Shown here: piece by piece, positions 21,890 to 35,586 of the stretch
Layout of the letters: each line of letters starts with the position of its first letter
How positions within the stretch are numbered: the first letter of the stretch is position 1
From: Octopus sinensis
Lineage: Eukaryota
DNA length: 64,000 bases
Assembly: GCF_006345805.1 (NCBI RefSeq)
Contig: NC_042997.1
Location: forward strand, 206,956,001 to 207,020,000
Reading direction: 5' to 3'
Translations under genes and position numbers: made by a program
The notes under the pieces: generated by a model
Told to the model about the DNA's origin: nothing
The model's input: the letters and a program-made list of their open reading frames with translations, nothing else
The model's database searches: none

Positions 21890-23620
21890 AAGCCAATTTC
21901 TACTGCATCACCTTCGTGTTGCTGTGGGGTGTGAAGCATTGTGTGTTCTTTTCTGCTGTGGGGAGTGTGTGAACGCTTCCCAGTGCTGCGTTGTGTTTGC
22001 TTTCTTTTTTCCTTGAGGTGTGTTGCTGTCTTTTGTTGTGTTACTGCTTGTAATGTGTGTTGAGTGTGTAACGCTTTGCTTTCCCAGCTTGCTGGTGGGA
22101 GTTTATTTCACTGGGTAAATGCAGTGTAGAGTGTATCTTGTACTTGTGGGTAGTTTTGTTTGGGTTGTATTATGGGATTGATAGTGTCTTGCATTAGATG
22201 TGTGCTGTTCCTAGCAGGGCTATTTTTTGGACAGTGTGTAGTGTTGAGGATCCAGGTATAGCTTCTACATGTTTATTCTTATGATTTATAATCATTCCCA
22301 ATGCTTCAATTATTATTGATATTGTTTTCACTTTCATGTCCCACTTTCGAGGTCTTTGTACTTTGGCAATTTCTCCATTTCTTTTTTGACAATATTTTGA
22401 TCAGAAGGGACTGCAATGTCTGTCAGTAAGCAGGTGTGCTTCCCCACCCCCCAATCCTTGACTATTATGTCTGGGTGATTGGCTTTTATCTCTTTGTCGG
22501 TTTGAACCAACATACGTCAGATGATTGTGGCCTCGTCATTGTCTTGCATCTTGTTTGGCTCATGCTTAGTCTTGATGTTGGCATATTGTCCAGTGGATAT
22601 AACTGCTTACTTTGTTGTGTCTGTACATATATTCAGATTTGCCACAAGGACTGGACAGCTAGAGATGATGTAGTCAACTGTCTCATTGTGCTGGTCGCAC
22701 ATTCTGCATTTGGTGTTAGGGCCTATTTTCATTATTTTGTTTTTATAGTTGTTTGTGGTCAGGCATTGGTCTTCTGCAGCAAGAATCAGTCCTTCCATTT
22801 CAGCTTTTAGTCCAGAGCTTTTGACTTTTACTTAGGCTCACTTCCTCTCTGTCAAACCTTACAGGGTATTAGCCATGAAGGGGTTTTTCTCTCCATTTCT
22901 TCTTCAGTATGTTTTGTAATTCAGTTTTTATGTTGTTGTTTTTCTTTTTGTCTCTCTTACCATTTCTGCTGTGTTGTTATTTGAAATCAGTGTAGTTTGT
23001 TTCTGTTTTCTATTTTCTCGCCTCCTTGTCTGTAGAGAAAAGCATTTTCTTTTTCCCATGTTACTTTACTACAGCCAGTAGTCTTCCACTCTTTGTTTCC
23101 AAGTACTCTCCAGGCCCAACTGTTGTTATTTTATAATAATTCTCTATCAGTATTAGGCCACAGCCTCCTTCTGGGCGGGGTAGATATATTCTGTATGCGT
23201 CTGCTTTGTGGTGGTGACTTCGGTACGCTTTTAACAGTTTTATGGTTTTCTGTCTAGGTTTCTCAGTTCACTGACCTTGTAGCTTATTAAGTTAAAACTG
23301 TAATTCATGACTGGTATGGATAGTGTGTTTGTCCATATTATCTTATTGTTAGCATCAAGTTCAGTGTTCAATATTAGTCTAACTCTTCTGTAATACTCTC
23401 TCCTAATTTTCTCTTTCATTTCTGTTTGTTGTATTTTAGCTGTTCCGTTTATTCCGGGATATTTGTATGGGTGATGGTGGTCTAATTCTCTGATTTCTGC
23501 GTCTGTGTCAAGCGCAGTGTTTTAGTGCTGATTAATTTGCCTCTTCTCGGTGTCACTTCGGCACATTTGTCCAGCCCCATGCTCATTGCGATGTCATTGT
23601 TGAAACTCTGAACAATTTTC
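21890..23620 (-). mobile_element. Degenerate R4/Dong-related RLE element with long 3' UTR
   Basis: DNIAMSMGLDKCA..YKYPG..GLILAAEDQCL..CRMCDQHNETVDYIISSCPVL..QKIALLGTAHI, with many stops. Confidence 0.8.
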
Positions 23621-23740
23621 AGAAGGTTTATATTTATATATAGAAGGTTGAAGGCTGAAAAGGGACACACCAGTTGATGTGTATAAGGAAAATAAGACAA
23701 GGTAGAAAATGCTAAAATAATTATATCATGAAGAACATTT

Positions 23741-23776
23741 TAGTACCGGTTTCAGCCTTTGCGACTTTTTCAACTT
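23741..23776 (-). ncRNA. Type I hammerhead motif, U3-A8 variant, in an orphan Penelope-like terminus
   Basis: Minus strand ..AAG-TTGAAAA-AGTC GCAAA GGCT-GAAA-CCGG-TA-CT..; stem I is weak (2 bp). Confidence 0.5.
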
Positions 23777-23994
23777 AGAGTAAAGCATGAAAAGCAATTA
23801 AATTGTGGAAAATATCACAAAATATAAGCCTTTTGAATGCGTCCACCACAAATGACACTATTACAAGGGCCTTAGAATATTACCCACGCAAGTATTTAAA
23901 ACGTTATATTCAGAACAGTCACTATACTTTCATAAATTTCCTAGTGTAACAGGAGAGAATAACAGACGGGGGACTTGTGGGAAAATGCTATCTG

Positions 23995-24105
23995 CTACTA
24001 ATGTATATATGTACGTGTTTGTGTGTGTTTGTGTGTGTGTTTGTGCGTGTGTGTGAGTGTGTGTGTGTGTGTGTGTGTATGTGTGTGTGTGAGTCTGTGT
24101 ACACA
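23995..24105. repeat. Degenerate (TG)n microsatellite
   Basis: Directly visible. Confidence 0.9.
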
Positions 24106-25784
24106 AATGCTGAATTTTTGTGGAAAAAATACGTCAACAAGTGTGTGTGCGTACACAAACTGAAGAAAAAACATGCCAACTAGTGGCCACCATTGGAGAA
24201 AACCAGATAAAGTCTCTGGAGGTGTCAAAAATGAAAGTGAAATCTTCTCTAACCTACATTCACCTTCCTTTCCTATAAAAAAAAATTATTTCAGGTTTTT
24301 CTTCTTTTGAAAAGTTTTCTTTGTGTCGTCTGTTGTAAATAATAATAATAAACTTTTATCACAAAATGTTCGTACAAGTAAATTGTGTTAAAAGAGGGCA
24401 GAGGGGGAAGTGTTTTTTTTCTTTCTGGGAAAAACACTGATGTCATACAAAGTTGTTGTTAAACCAATCAATAGCTTAAAAACGATCAAATAAAGTTTCA
24501 AGTTTCACTTTTGCTCAGATTTGTGACGAGGTAAGTTTTTTTGTTTTACATCTTCCTAATTTAATTTCTTTAATCCCGTCTCTCCATTGCTTTACAAAAT
24601 CGATTTCAATACTTTTCCTTACATTATAACTACATGGATTTGTTTCCTCTCCGTTTTCAGAATGTGTGTGTGTGTGTAAGTATTTCCAAGTTTTGCAGGT
24701 ATACATGATGTGTGTCATTATGTATGTTTGCAAAGCCATCGATATTTTCCCCCATCATCGGAACCTACAGCCTCTTAAAGCTATTTCTAGTAAATTTCAT
24801 TCAAGAACATCAACTTTTCTGAAAGTTACAAAGAAACAAAATTGTTGGAGGGGCACCTGTCTAGGTATGCCATGTTTTCTTGGTCATAAAATGAAGACCT
24901 GTAATAAAGTCACAAATAATTTGTCCCCCACCCTAGGACAAAACCCCCTCGGACAATCCCCCCCACCTCTGGTCAAAACTCCCATAGTTTTCCTGTTAAT
25001 TTTTGGTTACCTGGATTCCATAAAATTATGTTGAAAGTTTTTACGTACGTGAAGCTAGAAATGGCAGCCAAATCTCCTCATATAGGCCACACCCTAGAAG
25101 AAGACAATTGTTTCATTATCAGGGATACTAACACGTCAGTTTGATGTTGATATTTAAGACGATGGGGGTTGTCTGGCAAATGACCGCCGCCCCAGTAGAA
25201 TGAAAATATATAGCAAATCCGGGCTAGGATTGAAACAGAAGTTGTAGTGAGACGCAACCGAAGAGGTATGTGGAAACTTGTTTGGATTTGGCTTGAAAGA
25301 ATCTCTGAATAAACAGATTCTATTTTTCTTTCGGTTCTTTATTGATCGATGTAATACATACATACATACAGATATAGTATACATTTCATACATATACACT
25401 TATACAATGCCTGTATACATTGATAAATGCGGGGTGGGAGGGGCAAGTTCGAAGTTTGAAGTGCCGTGTGGTTTTTAGCGAAATCGGAATAATTTGTTAT
25501 CATCGAAAACGTGGGAATTATTTATCCAAGATTTCCCAACAGGTTTTCTATTAATTGAAGCCGCTTTAGTAAAAGGTTACTCTGTAATGTTTGTTGATCA
25601 CGGAAATATATTTACACGTTACGTCATCTTTTTTTACTGAGATTCATTTTCTGTCTTAATTTTATTGCTTTTATTTTGATTTCTTGGGTGCGGCGTTAAA
25701 AGGCCGTAACCTGACACATGGGTTTCTGTTTACATGTTTTCTTTCTTTCGTTTCTTTTCTTTCTTTATCGTTTTCTAACTCTAA

Positions 25785-26270
25785 CCCTAAATCTAAAATA
25801 GATTGAAATGCAATAGATCGATACTAGGGTCATAATTATGGGTGACAATTTCATACAACACCGCTATAAAAAACGTAGCGGTGTCGTATGAAATTGTCAC
25901 CCATAATTATAAGCCTAGTATCGATCTATTGCATTTCAATCTATTTTAGATTTAGAGTTAGTTAGGGTTAGGGGTAGGGGAAGGGTATCTTTTTTCTTCA
26001 CAAATGTAAATAAACCCAATCTGTTTCTTAAAGGAGGGACATATTCATTATGCACAGAATGTTATTTACATCAATGGAGGTAATTGATTGGTTAAAATTG
26101 CCGAAATGCAAGAAATTAAAGACGAAATATGTTATAACCTATAGAATTTTCTCAATAAAGCCAAGAGAAAATGATGTTTTATAAACATATTCTATCAGTA
26201 TACGAAGTTTAAAATTTTTTTAGTTACCTAGAAATTATGTTACAAACTGCCGTTCAAAAGGAAAAGATCC
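25785..26270. mobile_element. Second, partial copy of the GGATC palindromic MITE
   Basis: Central palindrome (..CACCGCTA..TAGCGGTG..) and right arm ending AAAAGGAAAAGATCC, homologous to about 6000-6497. Confidence 0.85.
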
Positions 26271-26364
26271 CTTTCATCTTCTTTTCCTCCTCCTTCTCAT
26301 CTCCATATACCTTCTTCTTCTTCTTCCCCCTCCTTCTTCTAATTATTGAAACTGAGATAAAATT

Positions 26365-28830
26365 TAGATATGTTTCGACCAAAGATTGGTCCAGGCCATG
26401 TCTAACTTAATAGCACCTCCTGTTAGGATTGTCTAAATCCTGTTTAAGTCAAGTTTTGTTTATGGTCCTTTCAAGTTGTGATTTCTTGTTGAGCGAGTTG
26501 TATCCAGGTATGGGTGGCTTATCCGGTATTCCTTGAAGAAATCTGTCCAGACTCCGTTTAAAGGTGATGGGATCCTTTTCCTCTTTGATCTCTTTCGGGA
26601 TAATGTTAAACAGGGCAGGGCCTGTTGAGGAAAAGAAATTATGTCGTAATGTACCTATATGTTGTGATCCTCAATTTGGCAGGGGACGTATGGCCCGTGG
26701 TCCCAGTCTTAGATGAACCTTGAAATTAATGATCAGGTCGTTTGGGCAATGCTGGCGGTATATTCTCCACATCGTACAAATGATGTACCGCTCATGGCGG
26801 CGCTGGAGAGAGTAGAGTTTTAAGGCTTTAAGGCGGTCTCAGTAATCGAGATCAGTCATGCCTTCAATTCGTTTAGTGAGTGCTCTCTTGGGTGATTCAA
26901 TCCTCGAGATGTTTTGACTTGTATGGGGAGACCACAGTGGGCAGCAGTATTCGAGGTGTGGCCATACAAAGGAGGAGAAAATTGGAATGATGACACCTTG
27001 TTCTTTGGACCGGAAAGTTCTTAAGATCCAGGAACTCATCCTATGAGCTATATCGACATTCTTGTTGATGTGTGCACTCCAACTGAGATCGTCATCAACA
27101 ATTACACCCAGGTCTCTGATATTATTAGATGCTGTGAGAGGTTCCCCTGAAGGAAGAGAGTATGGCTGTTTTATTATAGTCTTTCTTCCAAAATGCATCA
27201 GATCAAATTTTCCCTCGTTCAGTTGCATTTTGTTTCTGTCTGCCCATTGACTCACAGCATATAGATCAGACTGGAGTTGAGTTCGGTTTTCTTCTTCAAT
27301 GATGATTTGCTGAAGCTTAGTGTTATCAGCAAATATTTTCACTTAACAGTGATTTACGACACTGGAAAGATCGTTTATGTAGATTATAAAGAGGAGAGGG
27401 CCCAAGACAGTCTTCTGGGGTCAACACTGGTGGCTTTTGCTGGGCTTGAGTGGACTCCATCGACCACAACTTCTGGTGGTCTTTTCTCAAGGAAATACTT
27501 AATCCAGTGTAGAACTTTTCCCCGGATTCCAACATTTGCCAATTTTGAGAGTAGGATATTATGGTCTACCCTGTCGAACGCTTTACTGAAGTCGAGATAT
27601 ATGACATCAGAGTACGAACCTGTTCCCAAGGCTTTAAGTATATCTTTAATGTGGTGTAAGAGCTGTGTTAGACAGTCCCCGCCACAGCGAAAGCCATGCT
27701 GATTTGCATTTAGGAGTTTGTGGGTCTCCAGGAAGTCAGCTATCCTTGATCTTACCACTCTTTCAAACACTTTAATGATGTGGGAGGTGAGATTGGGCGA
27801 TAGTTGACTGTGAGGGATCTATTTCCCTGTTTGAAAACCAGGCTGACAGACTGGGATAGGAGCTGTTTCGGTATATAACCTGAGTCTAACGAATTTCTCC
27901 AGAGGTTGGTCAGAGGGGCTGCAAGTAGTTGTCTATGGGGAATCTATCAGGGCCTACAGAAGAATAGTATTTGACCTTATTTATTGTTGCTATGATGTCT
28001 GAGGCAGTGAAGGTTGTGTCTGAGATTTTATGTTGGGCATCAACTTCATTCGCTTCTCTTACGTCAATGTCAGTGGGATCACTAAAGACAGAGCAGTATT
28101 ATTTCTGCAGTATTTCTGCCATTTCTTTAGCATCGTGTTGGGGAATGCCGTTATCATCGATCAATGGCCCAATGGGTGAGACACATTTGGGTTCTGTTTT
28201 ATGTTTTTGATTACGCACTGTTCCTCCGTAGCTCTTTGATTTTCAATGGAGGTTTTCATGTCGGTCTGCAGATGAAGTTTTTCCAACTCCAGCCTTTTCA
28301 TTGTTGTTGAATGTGGATGTTGTATGTGGGAGTATTTTAATTGGTTGATTTTTTTATTGAGTCTTTTGATGCACCCGATAAGTGTATTTTGTTTCTTTTT
28401 AGGGAGCTGGTTTCTGTTTGTATTAGTGGATTTCGTAGGAGCGTGTTTTGAGCATGTATAGGTGACAATGTTCTCAAAGTGTTGCCATGCGGTCTCAATG
28501 TGAGTGGAATTGAGAGTGAAAGACCAGTCGATGAAAGAGATCCTTTCTGATTGCTCCCCAGCCTGCTTTGTGGAAGTTTATGTTGTTAAATGAGTGCCAT
28601 GGAGTGGGATTGGCTGGTTTGGTTTTTATATGTCGGGAATTAAAGTTGCAGTATCATGTTGTGGTCTGAGAAGAGAGTGTTTTCAACTGAAATACTGTGA
28701 ACGGAGCTAGAGTGGTTGGTTAATATTAGATCCAAGATCGTTTTATTCTGTCTTGGTTCGAGCACTAGCTGAGTCAGGAAGAATTTATCCATTAGATTAA
28801 AGAGTAATTCTGCTGCTACTTTATCTGATG
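26365..28830 (-). mobile_element. CR1/L2-superfamily LINE, degenerate and 5'-truncated
   Basis: EN end (ILDLILTN..SDHNMI), RT (NQHGFR..CLTQLL..DVIYLDFSKAFDRVDH..IFADNTKL..DLGVIVDDDLSW..RPHLEYCCPLWSP) and stem-loop 3' UTR. Confidence 0.9.
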
Positions 28831-28856
28831 TTGTTGTTGTTATTATTATTATTATT

Positions 28857-29401
28857 GAGTGAGAGAGCATTGCATGCCATAAAAGTGACACTGGGGTAAA
28901 ATATACGAAGCCCAATATACCCATCATGACTACCCGTCTGATAAGGGTACAGCAGGCACATGCATCACAACCATATGTGCGCGATATGGTGATCTCATAT
29001 CAAGATAAACCATGCATGACCTTGCAGGTGGGGCCCAGTTAGAATTTTTTCAGGTCAGCTAGCCCATCCCGTCCAAAAGGACCCTGAATAAGGGTTGTTT
29101 AAGGATGGTGAAAGAAACATCCATGTTTCCAAAGGTGAATTATCCAAACCACAAAAGAATTCCTCTCAGCACATGGCTATGATGCTCCCCCACTACTTCT
29201 GCTCGTGATCAGTGATGCACATATCGTCAGCCACTAAGGGACATGCTCAACTGGTTAAGGTCAAACAACTGACAAGCAAATCTGTGGTATTGAGCAGAAT
29301 ATTTTCTGTAGCCCATCTTTTACACCAAAACAATGTACATGATTGCACTTCCAATCCATTAAGATCAGAAGCCATGAGAGCCACATGCCCGGTACTTCAT
29401 C
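28857..29401 (-). mobile_element. Unclassified ~550-bp (AAT)n-associated repeat 'Y', copy 1 (most diverged)
   Basis: Homologous along its length to 46756-47304 and 49121-49678; strand inferred from the presumed (AAT)n tail. Confidence 0.85.
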
Positions 29402-29419
29402 ATCATTATCATCATTATT

Positions 29420-29569
29420 GTGTGGTAAGTAGCTTGCTTACTGACTACATGGTTCCGGGTTCAATCCCACTTCGTGGCACCTTGGGCAGGTGTCTTCTAC
29501 TATAACCTCGAGCTGACCAAAGCCTTGTGTGTGGATTTGGTAGATGGAAACTGAAAGAAGAGCATCGTA

Positions 29570-29605
<36 letters not shown>
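29420..29605 (+). mobile_element. tRNA-derived SINE 5' part (A box, B box, CORE-like segment)
   Basis: GTGGTAAGTAGC..GGTTCAATCCC (B box), GGCACCTTGGGCAGGTGTC (CORE-like), then a (TA)n tract. Confidence 0.8.
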
Positions 29606-29609
<4 letters not shown>

Positions 29610-32176
29610 AAAGTAGTTTTAGAGACAGAACCACCTACAGCTCAATCAACACTGAAAGATTTTATACCCGACCACTCCATAGAATGTAAAATATTAAATC
29701 TTATACTAACTATATCTATTCTGAATCCTGTATTTTCTGTTTATAAGACTACACGTGTTTCATGAATGTACGTCAGTATTGATTAGATACGAGGTATATA
29801 GTTTCAATGCTTAATCGGATCGACATACTCCCAATTTTCAGGTCTGGATTCCTCAACATGTTATATATTTTTATATATACGAATTAAACATTGAGGGATG
29901 TTCATTTTAGTTCATCTATTTTGAATGTCTTTTTCCTGTGGACTTGGAAGTAATATTCCCAAATAATTATAATAATATAATATAATAATAATATAACAAC
30001 TAACGTTAATTGCTAAGTTTAAACATGCAATTAAGTTTGGTTATGGCATACACAGGAAAGATAGAACCCCTGGAATGGAAATCATCTCTGAAGGACGTAC
30101 CAATGCAACCTAAAAAAGAATTTATGATTAAACTAATAAATAATATAAAGTATTTTATAAATAGGTTGAATGGAAAGCATACTATCATAATATTAACACT
30201 TCTTATACAAATAATAGAGAGCAAAAAAGTTTTTGGCACTAAATCTAAATCCAGGAAAGAACCCCCGTATAAAAAGGAACTACAAACTTTAGAAGATAAT
30301 ATTTGGAAAGTAGTAAAAAACATAGAATTTTATAAATCCTCTGATAGACATAATAAATATCTGAATTAAAATAAAAGAACTGAGAAATACTGAAGGAATT
30401 TTTGTACAATCAGATTAAACTAGGAATCTACATAAATTAAACATAGAAACATACGATAGTTTATTAGAAAAAGAAATTAATTAAAAATATGAAATAGTCC
30501 AAATAACACTCTAGATAAAATAAATAAAATATATAAAGAAATAATGACGAAATATGATTTAGATAATAAAACAGAACCCTATGTGCCTTTCCACCCAAGA
30601 ATTACATTAAAAATACATAAAGATAATTTCTATGCAGACCCTAAAGTTAGACTTATATGCCCATGTAAGTCAGACCTAGGGAAACTAAGCAAAATAATAT
30701 TAGATAAATATATAAATAAACTGAATAAACTAGATCATTTAAAATAATGGGGTAGTACAACAGACACACTGGAGTGGTTTAAAAATATTAAAAATCAAAA
30801 GAAATATAAATTTATACAAATAGATATTGATAACTACTATGCATCGATAAACGAGATAGTACTTAATAAGGCATTAATTTATGCTACGAATAAAGTAGGG
30901 ATGACTATGGACGAAATTAAGGTAGTTCAAGCGGCTAGAAAATCATGGGCCAGGAAAGATACTAGAGAGTATTTCGATGTACCAATGGGGATGCCTGACT
31001 CAGCACAGGTTTTACGGATTTGGTAGGGATCTTTTTACTATCTGAATTATAACTGGAAAACTTAAACTTAGAAGGGGGTTTATATGGAGATGATTTATTA
31101 TTAATAACTAAAAACAGTAAAAATAGAATACTCGAAACACATAAAAAGAAATTATATAACTTCTTTGAAAGATACGGATTAGATACTACGAGAGAGTTGT
31201 AATGTTAACTTTCTAGATGCAAATTTTAATATTCTAACAGGAATAACACAACCGTTCCACAAAACGAATGATAATTTGTAAAATATTAATGCATACAGTA
31301 ACCACCACCCCTTCCATTAAGAAAACACTAATGGCTAATATAGGAAAACGCATTTCAATGCTTTCATCAAATTATGATAGCTTCCTGGAACATACAATCT
31401 ATTATAATGATGCATTAACTAAGGCGGGATATAAAGACGGGTTTAGATTTTACAGTGATCATATAAATGGTAAAAATTGTATATAAAGACCCTAATATCA
31501 CCCATATAGATAAAAATAGAAACATAAATAAATTTATAAATAGAAATAAAAACAAAATTAATAATAATAATGATAATAACTATAATAGAGAAAGATATCA
31601 AAATATTATGGAGCACAGGGAGCATACAATAAACTCAAAGAATGAAAATATAAATACAAAGAAATATATAAGACAAAATGGTAGGTTTAACGCAGATCAA
31701 CCTATAAATAATAATGGTAATAATGACTATAATGCTAACAAACACTTGAGAACTAGTAGCATAAACATAAATAATAATAATAATAAATCTGGTTAATCGT
31801 CCCTTACAGTGCCCAGATTAAAAATGATATAAATGAAATCATTATAATAATTTACTATCGAAAATAAAAAAAATTAGTATTTTTTCTAAAAAAACATAGG
31901 AGCAGGATACTCAACTACTTGCAATGTAGGTAATATTATATCAGCATTAAATAAATATAAATTGAATGAATAAATTTTATTTCAATACACTAAATAATAA
32001 TCCCAATAATAATGGTAATAACTCAATAAATTGTAATTGAAGGGACAAAAATAATTGTAAAATAATAATAAATGTAACTTAAAGGATGTAGTATATAAAT
32101 GTGTGGTGTCTTTAAACGAAGATAATAATGGTCAAAGAGAAGGTAATAATAATAATAATAATTATAATAATAATAA

Positions 32177-34132
32177 AAGGCGTTTGATAGCATCCCCCAC
32201 ACATGGATCCTCGAAACACTAGCCATTAACAAAGTAGCACCAACAATCATAAAATTCATAGAGCACTCTATGAATAAATGGCAAACAGTCCTACACCTCC
32301 AAACAAAAGAGGGACTCATGAAAACCAAAGACATCCCCATTAGAAGAGGAATATTCCAGGGAGATACGCTCTCTCCACTCCTTTTCTGCTTGGCACTGTC
32401 ACCTCTATCTGATATGCTAAATAGAACTGGATGCGGATATAAATGTTACGGCAAAACGATCAGCCACCTTTTATATATGGATGACCTAAAACTATACGCT
32501 GCAAATGACAAACAGCTGGAAACACTATTAAAGACAGTTCATGGATTTACCAAAGAAATAGATATGAAATTTGGATTAGAAAAATGCGCCAAAGTAACCA
32601 TGAAAAGAGGAAAACTAGTTAAGAGTAACAACATCACACTAGATAACACCAATGAAATAAAAGAATTAGACCAAAGCCAAACTTACAAATACTTATGAAT
32701 CCATGAACTACATAAGACACAACACACACAAATGAAAGAGAAAATAAAAAAAGAATATTATAGAGGAGTTAGATCAATACTAAAAACAGAGCTCAATGCT
32801 AAAAACAAGATAATAGGTATCAACACTTTAGCTGTCCCAGTTATAAGTTACAGCTACAATATCCTTAACTGGACACGAAATGAACTGTCCAAAATAGATA
32901 GGAAAACAAGAAAAATAATGACAGGATCTAGGATGCATCACCCAAAATCTGACATAGAAAGACTATATATACAACGTATAGAAGGTGGTAGAGGCCTTAT
33001 ACAGCTGGAAAACTACTATAAAATAACCACCATAGGACTGCAAAAATATCTACTTCAGAAGGAAGGAAAGCTGATCCAGATAGCAGCAAAACACGAGCAA
33101 AACAAAAAACTGTTCTCAGTATTTAAGGAAGCTGACAAATACAAACAAGAAATCATACCACCTAATAAACACGAAGAAGAAGAAGAAGATGATGAAGAAA
33201 CAACAAAAGCTATAAAACAAATGAAATCCAAACTAAAAATAGAACAGCAACGAACCATGATAAAACGATGGCAAGAAAAGCCCCTTCATGGTAAATACTG
33301 CACTAAACTAAACGCAAAAGAAATAGACAAAGAAAAATCCCAGCAATGGTTGAGGAGCTCAGTACTCAAAGCAGAAACAGAAGGATTTTTAATTGCAGCA
33401 CAAGACCAAAGCCTCCCCACCAGAAATTACCAAAAACATGTAATGAAAAGAAATATTACAAGTAACTGCAGAATATGTGGAGATGGACAAGAAACAATAA
33501 ATCATATTATCTCTAGCTGCCCAGTCCTGGCTAAGAAGGAATATATTCACAGACATGACAGAATTGGAACCTACATACATTGGAAGCTATGCCAACATTA
33601 TGGAATAACAACAGAAAAAAGATGGTATAGGCACACACCAGAAAAGGTCACAGAAAACGAGAAAGCAACCATACTCTGGGATATGCCGATACACACAGAT
33701 AGAGAAATTAAGGCCAACAGACCAGATATAGTTGTCAGAGATCATGAAGAAAAAAAATGCTTTCTAATTGATGTATCAATACCGGCAGATGACAACGTGT
33801 CTCTAAAAGAAATGGAGAAACTCTCAAAATACAAAGACCTGGAAATAGAGGTAACTAGAATGTGGAATCTGAAAACAGAAACAATTCCTATCATAGTAGG
33901 TGCATTAGGCATGATAAAAAAATATTAAGACAAATACATAACAAAAACACCAGGACTTACAAACACATATAACATACAGAAAATTGCACTACTAGGCACT
34001 GCACACATCCTACGCAGAACACTTTCCATACAATAACCATCAGAGCATCACAACAAATCACAGCACATACCCAAGGCACACAGAGCTGCGCTCGGTAGTG
34101 AAGTGAAAGCACGCTATAAAAATAAAACTACT
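32177..34132 (+). mobile_element. Dong/R4-like RLE element, copy 1 (5'-truncated) in (AAT)n
   Basis: KAFDSIPHTW..RGIFQGDTLSP..YMDD..CRICGDGQETINHIISSC..RPDIVV..LIDVSIP..EKLSKY; 3' UTR ends ACTACTG-(AAT)n. Confidence 0.95.
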
Positions 34133-34158
34133 GAATAATAATAATAATAATTATAATG

Positions 34159-34190
<32 letters not shown>

Positions 34191-35486
34191 AATAATAATA
34201 AAAATAATGGCAAAAATTCATATATGACATATATTGGCTCTACATCTAGTAAAATTAAACAAAGGATAATACAGCATTTGTATTCCTTTAAAAGTAAAAA
34301 AATTATGAATTCGACAGGCTTAAGTAAATATATTTGGTGTTTAAAATCTAAAGAAATTATCTACAAACTAAAATGGGAGGTAGTATGTAAAGCCAAATCA
34401 TATAGAATAGGGAAAAATTTCTGTCTCATGTGTACTCACGAATTTATGGAAATCTTAAAGGCCAAAACAATATTGCTCAATGTCCAGAACGAAAAATTAA
34501 ATGCAGACATAGGATAAATTGTTTAATTAATAAGATGAGTTAAGATTAGATTCTTTAGTAAATAAACTAAACTCAGTCATGTTTTTTTAGATAAAGTTAT
34601 GATTATATACAACTTGTTATCACTAGAAAGTAGCACTTAGTCATACAAAAATATATAATATTAATTGGTTAATTTACGATACTTTAGATTTTTAATTAAA
34701 TTGTTAGCTGTACGTTACACAATTGTAATTGTAATTAAAATTTTTAAACTTAAATTTTGAAATTTGGTTTAAATGCAACGTCAAATATTTAAGAATAATA
34801 ATATAAATAATCGATATTAAATAATATAAAACGTAACTCTTATGTATCCCAAAATATTCGAATTGAGAGTCTAAAGAAGTAACTTACTAGTAGGATATCA
34901 GGTAGCATGGTTGGTTGTTTGCGTTAATACATAGATTGAATAAAATAAACAACGATAAAAGTGGCTTGTTCCCATGGTGCAATCATTTCCGGTTCCCTTG
35001 ACAGTTCTTTATAAAGGAATAAATACACCAGTGAAACTTTCTGACATTTATTTGTAGTACCTCCTATACATAGGTATTATCAAACGCGGATTTTACCTTA
35101 TTCGCAAGATGTAGCCTTTTTTTTTTTTGCTGAGGAAAGAAAAGATAAGTTAACATTCGTTTTATTTTCATCTCTATTTTTATTTCATTATTGTTTAATC
35201 TTTATTTCGTATTTGTTTATTCGCAATTCTTTATTCGTTATTCGTAATTTTTACTCGTATTTTTGTTCTTCTTAAATTTTTTTCCTTAAATGTTTTTTCT
35301 CAATTCTTTTTCCTTAAACTTTTATTGCTTGAATTTTTATTCCTTAAATTTTTACTCCGTAAATTTTTTATATTCATTTATTTATTATTTGTATTTCTAT
35401 TCATTTGTATATGTTAAGTAAGATTATATTGAAGATAAAGAGTATCGTGAAAGTATATAAGAGTAGTGAAAAATGTTGAGGAATCC

Positions 35487-35586
35487 AGACCTGAAGATTG
35501 GGAGTATGTCGACCCGATTAAGTATTGAAACTAGATACTTCATATCTAATCAATACCGATGTACATTCATGAAACACGTGTAGTCT
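35487..35586 (+). ncRNA. Type I hammerhead candidate with extended stem II
   Basis: Stem I AGAC/GTCT, canonical CTGAAGA, ~73-nt stem II domain (closing U-U mismatch), GAAA, palindromic ACACGTGT, GUA triplet; inverted copy at 29746-29845 has G8A. Confidence 0.5.

Noticed and set aside
32030-32045. TGA at the second Cys of the Penelope CxC motif as selenocysteine
   Set aside because: Some Penelope-like elements encode Sec, but this copy has many other stops and frameshifts, the other Cys codons are normal, the second element has CSC, and I saw no SECIS.
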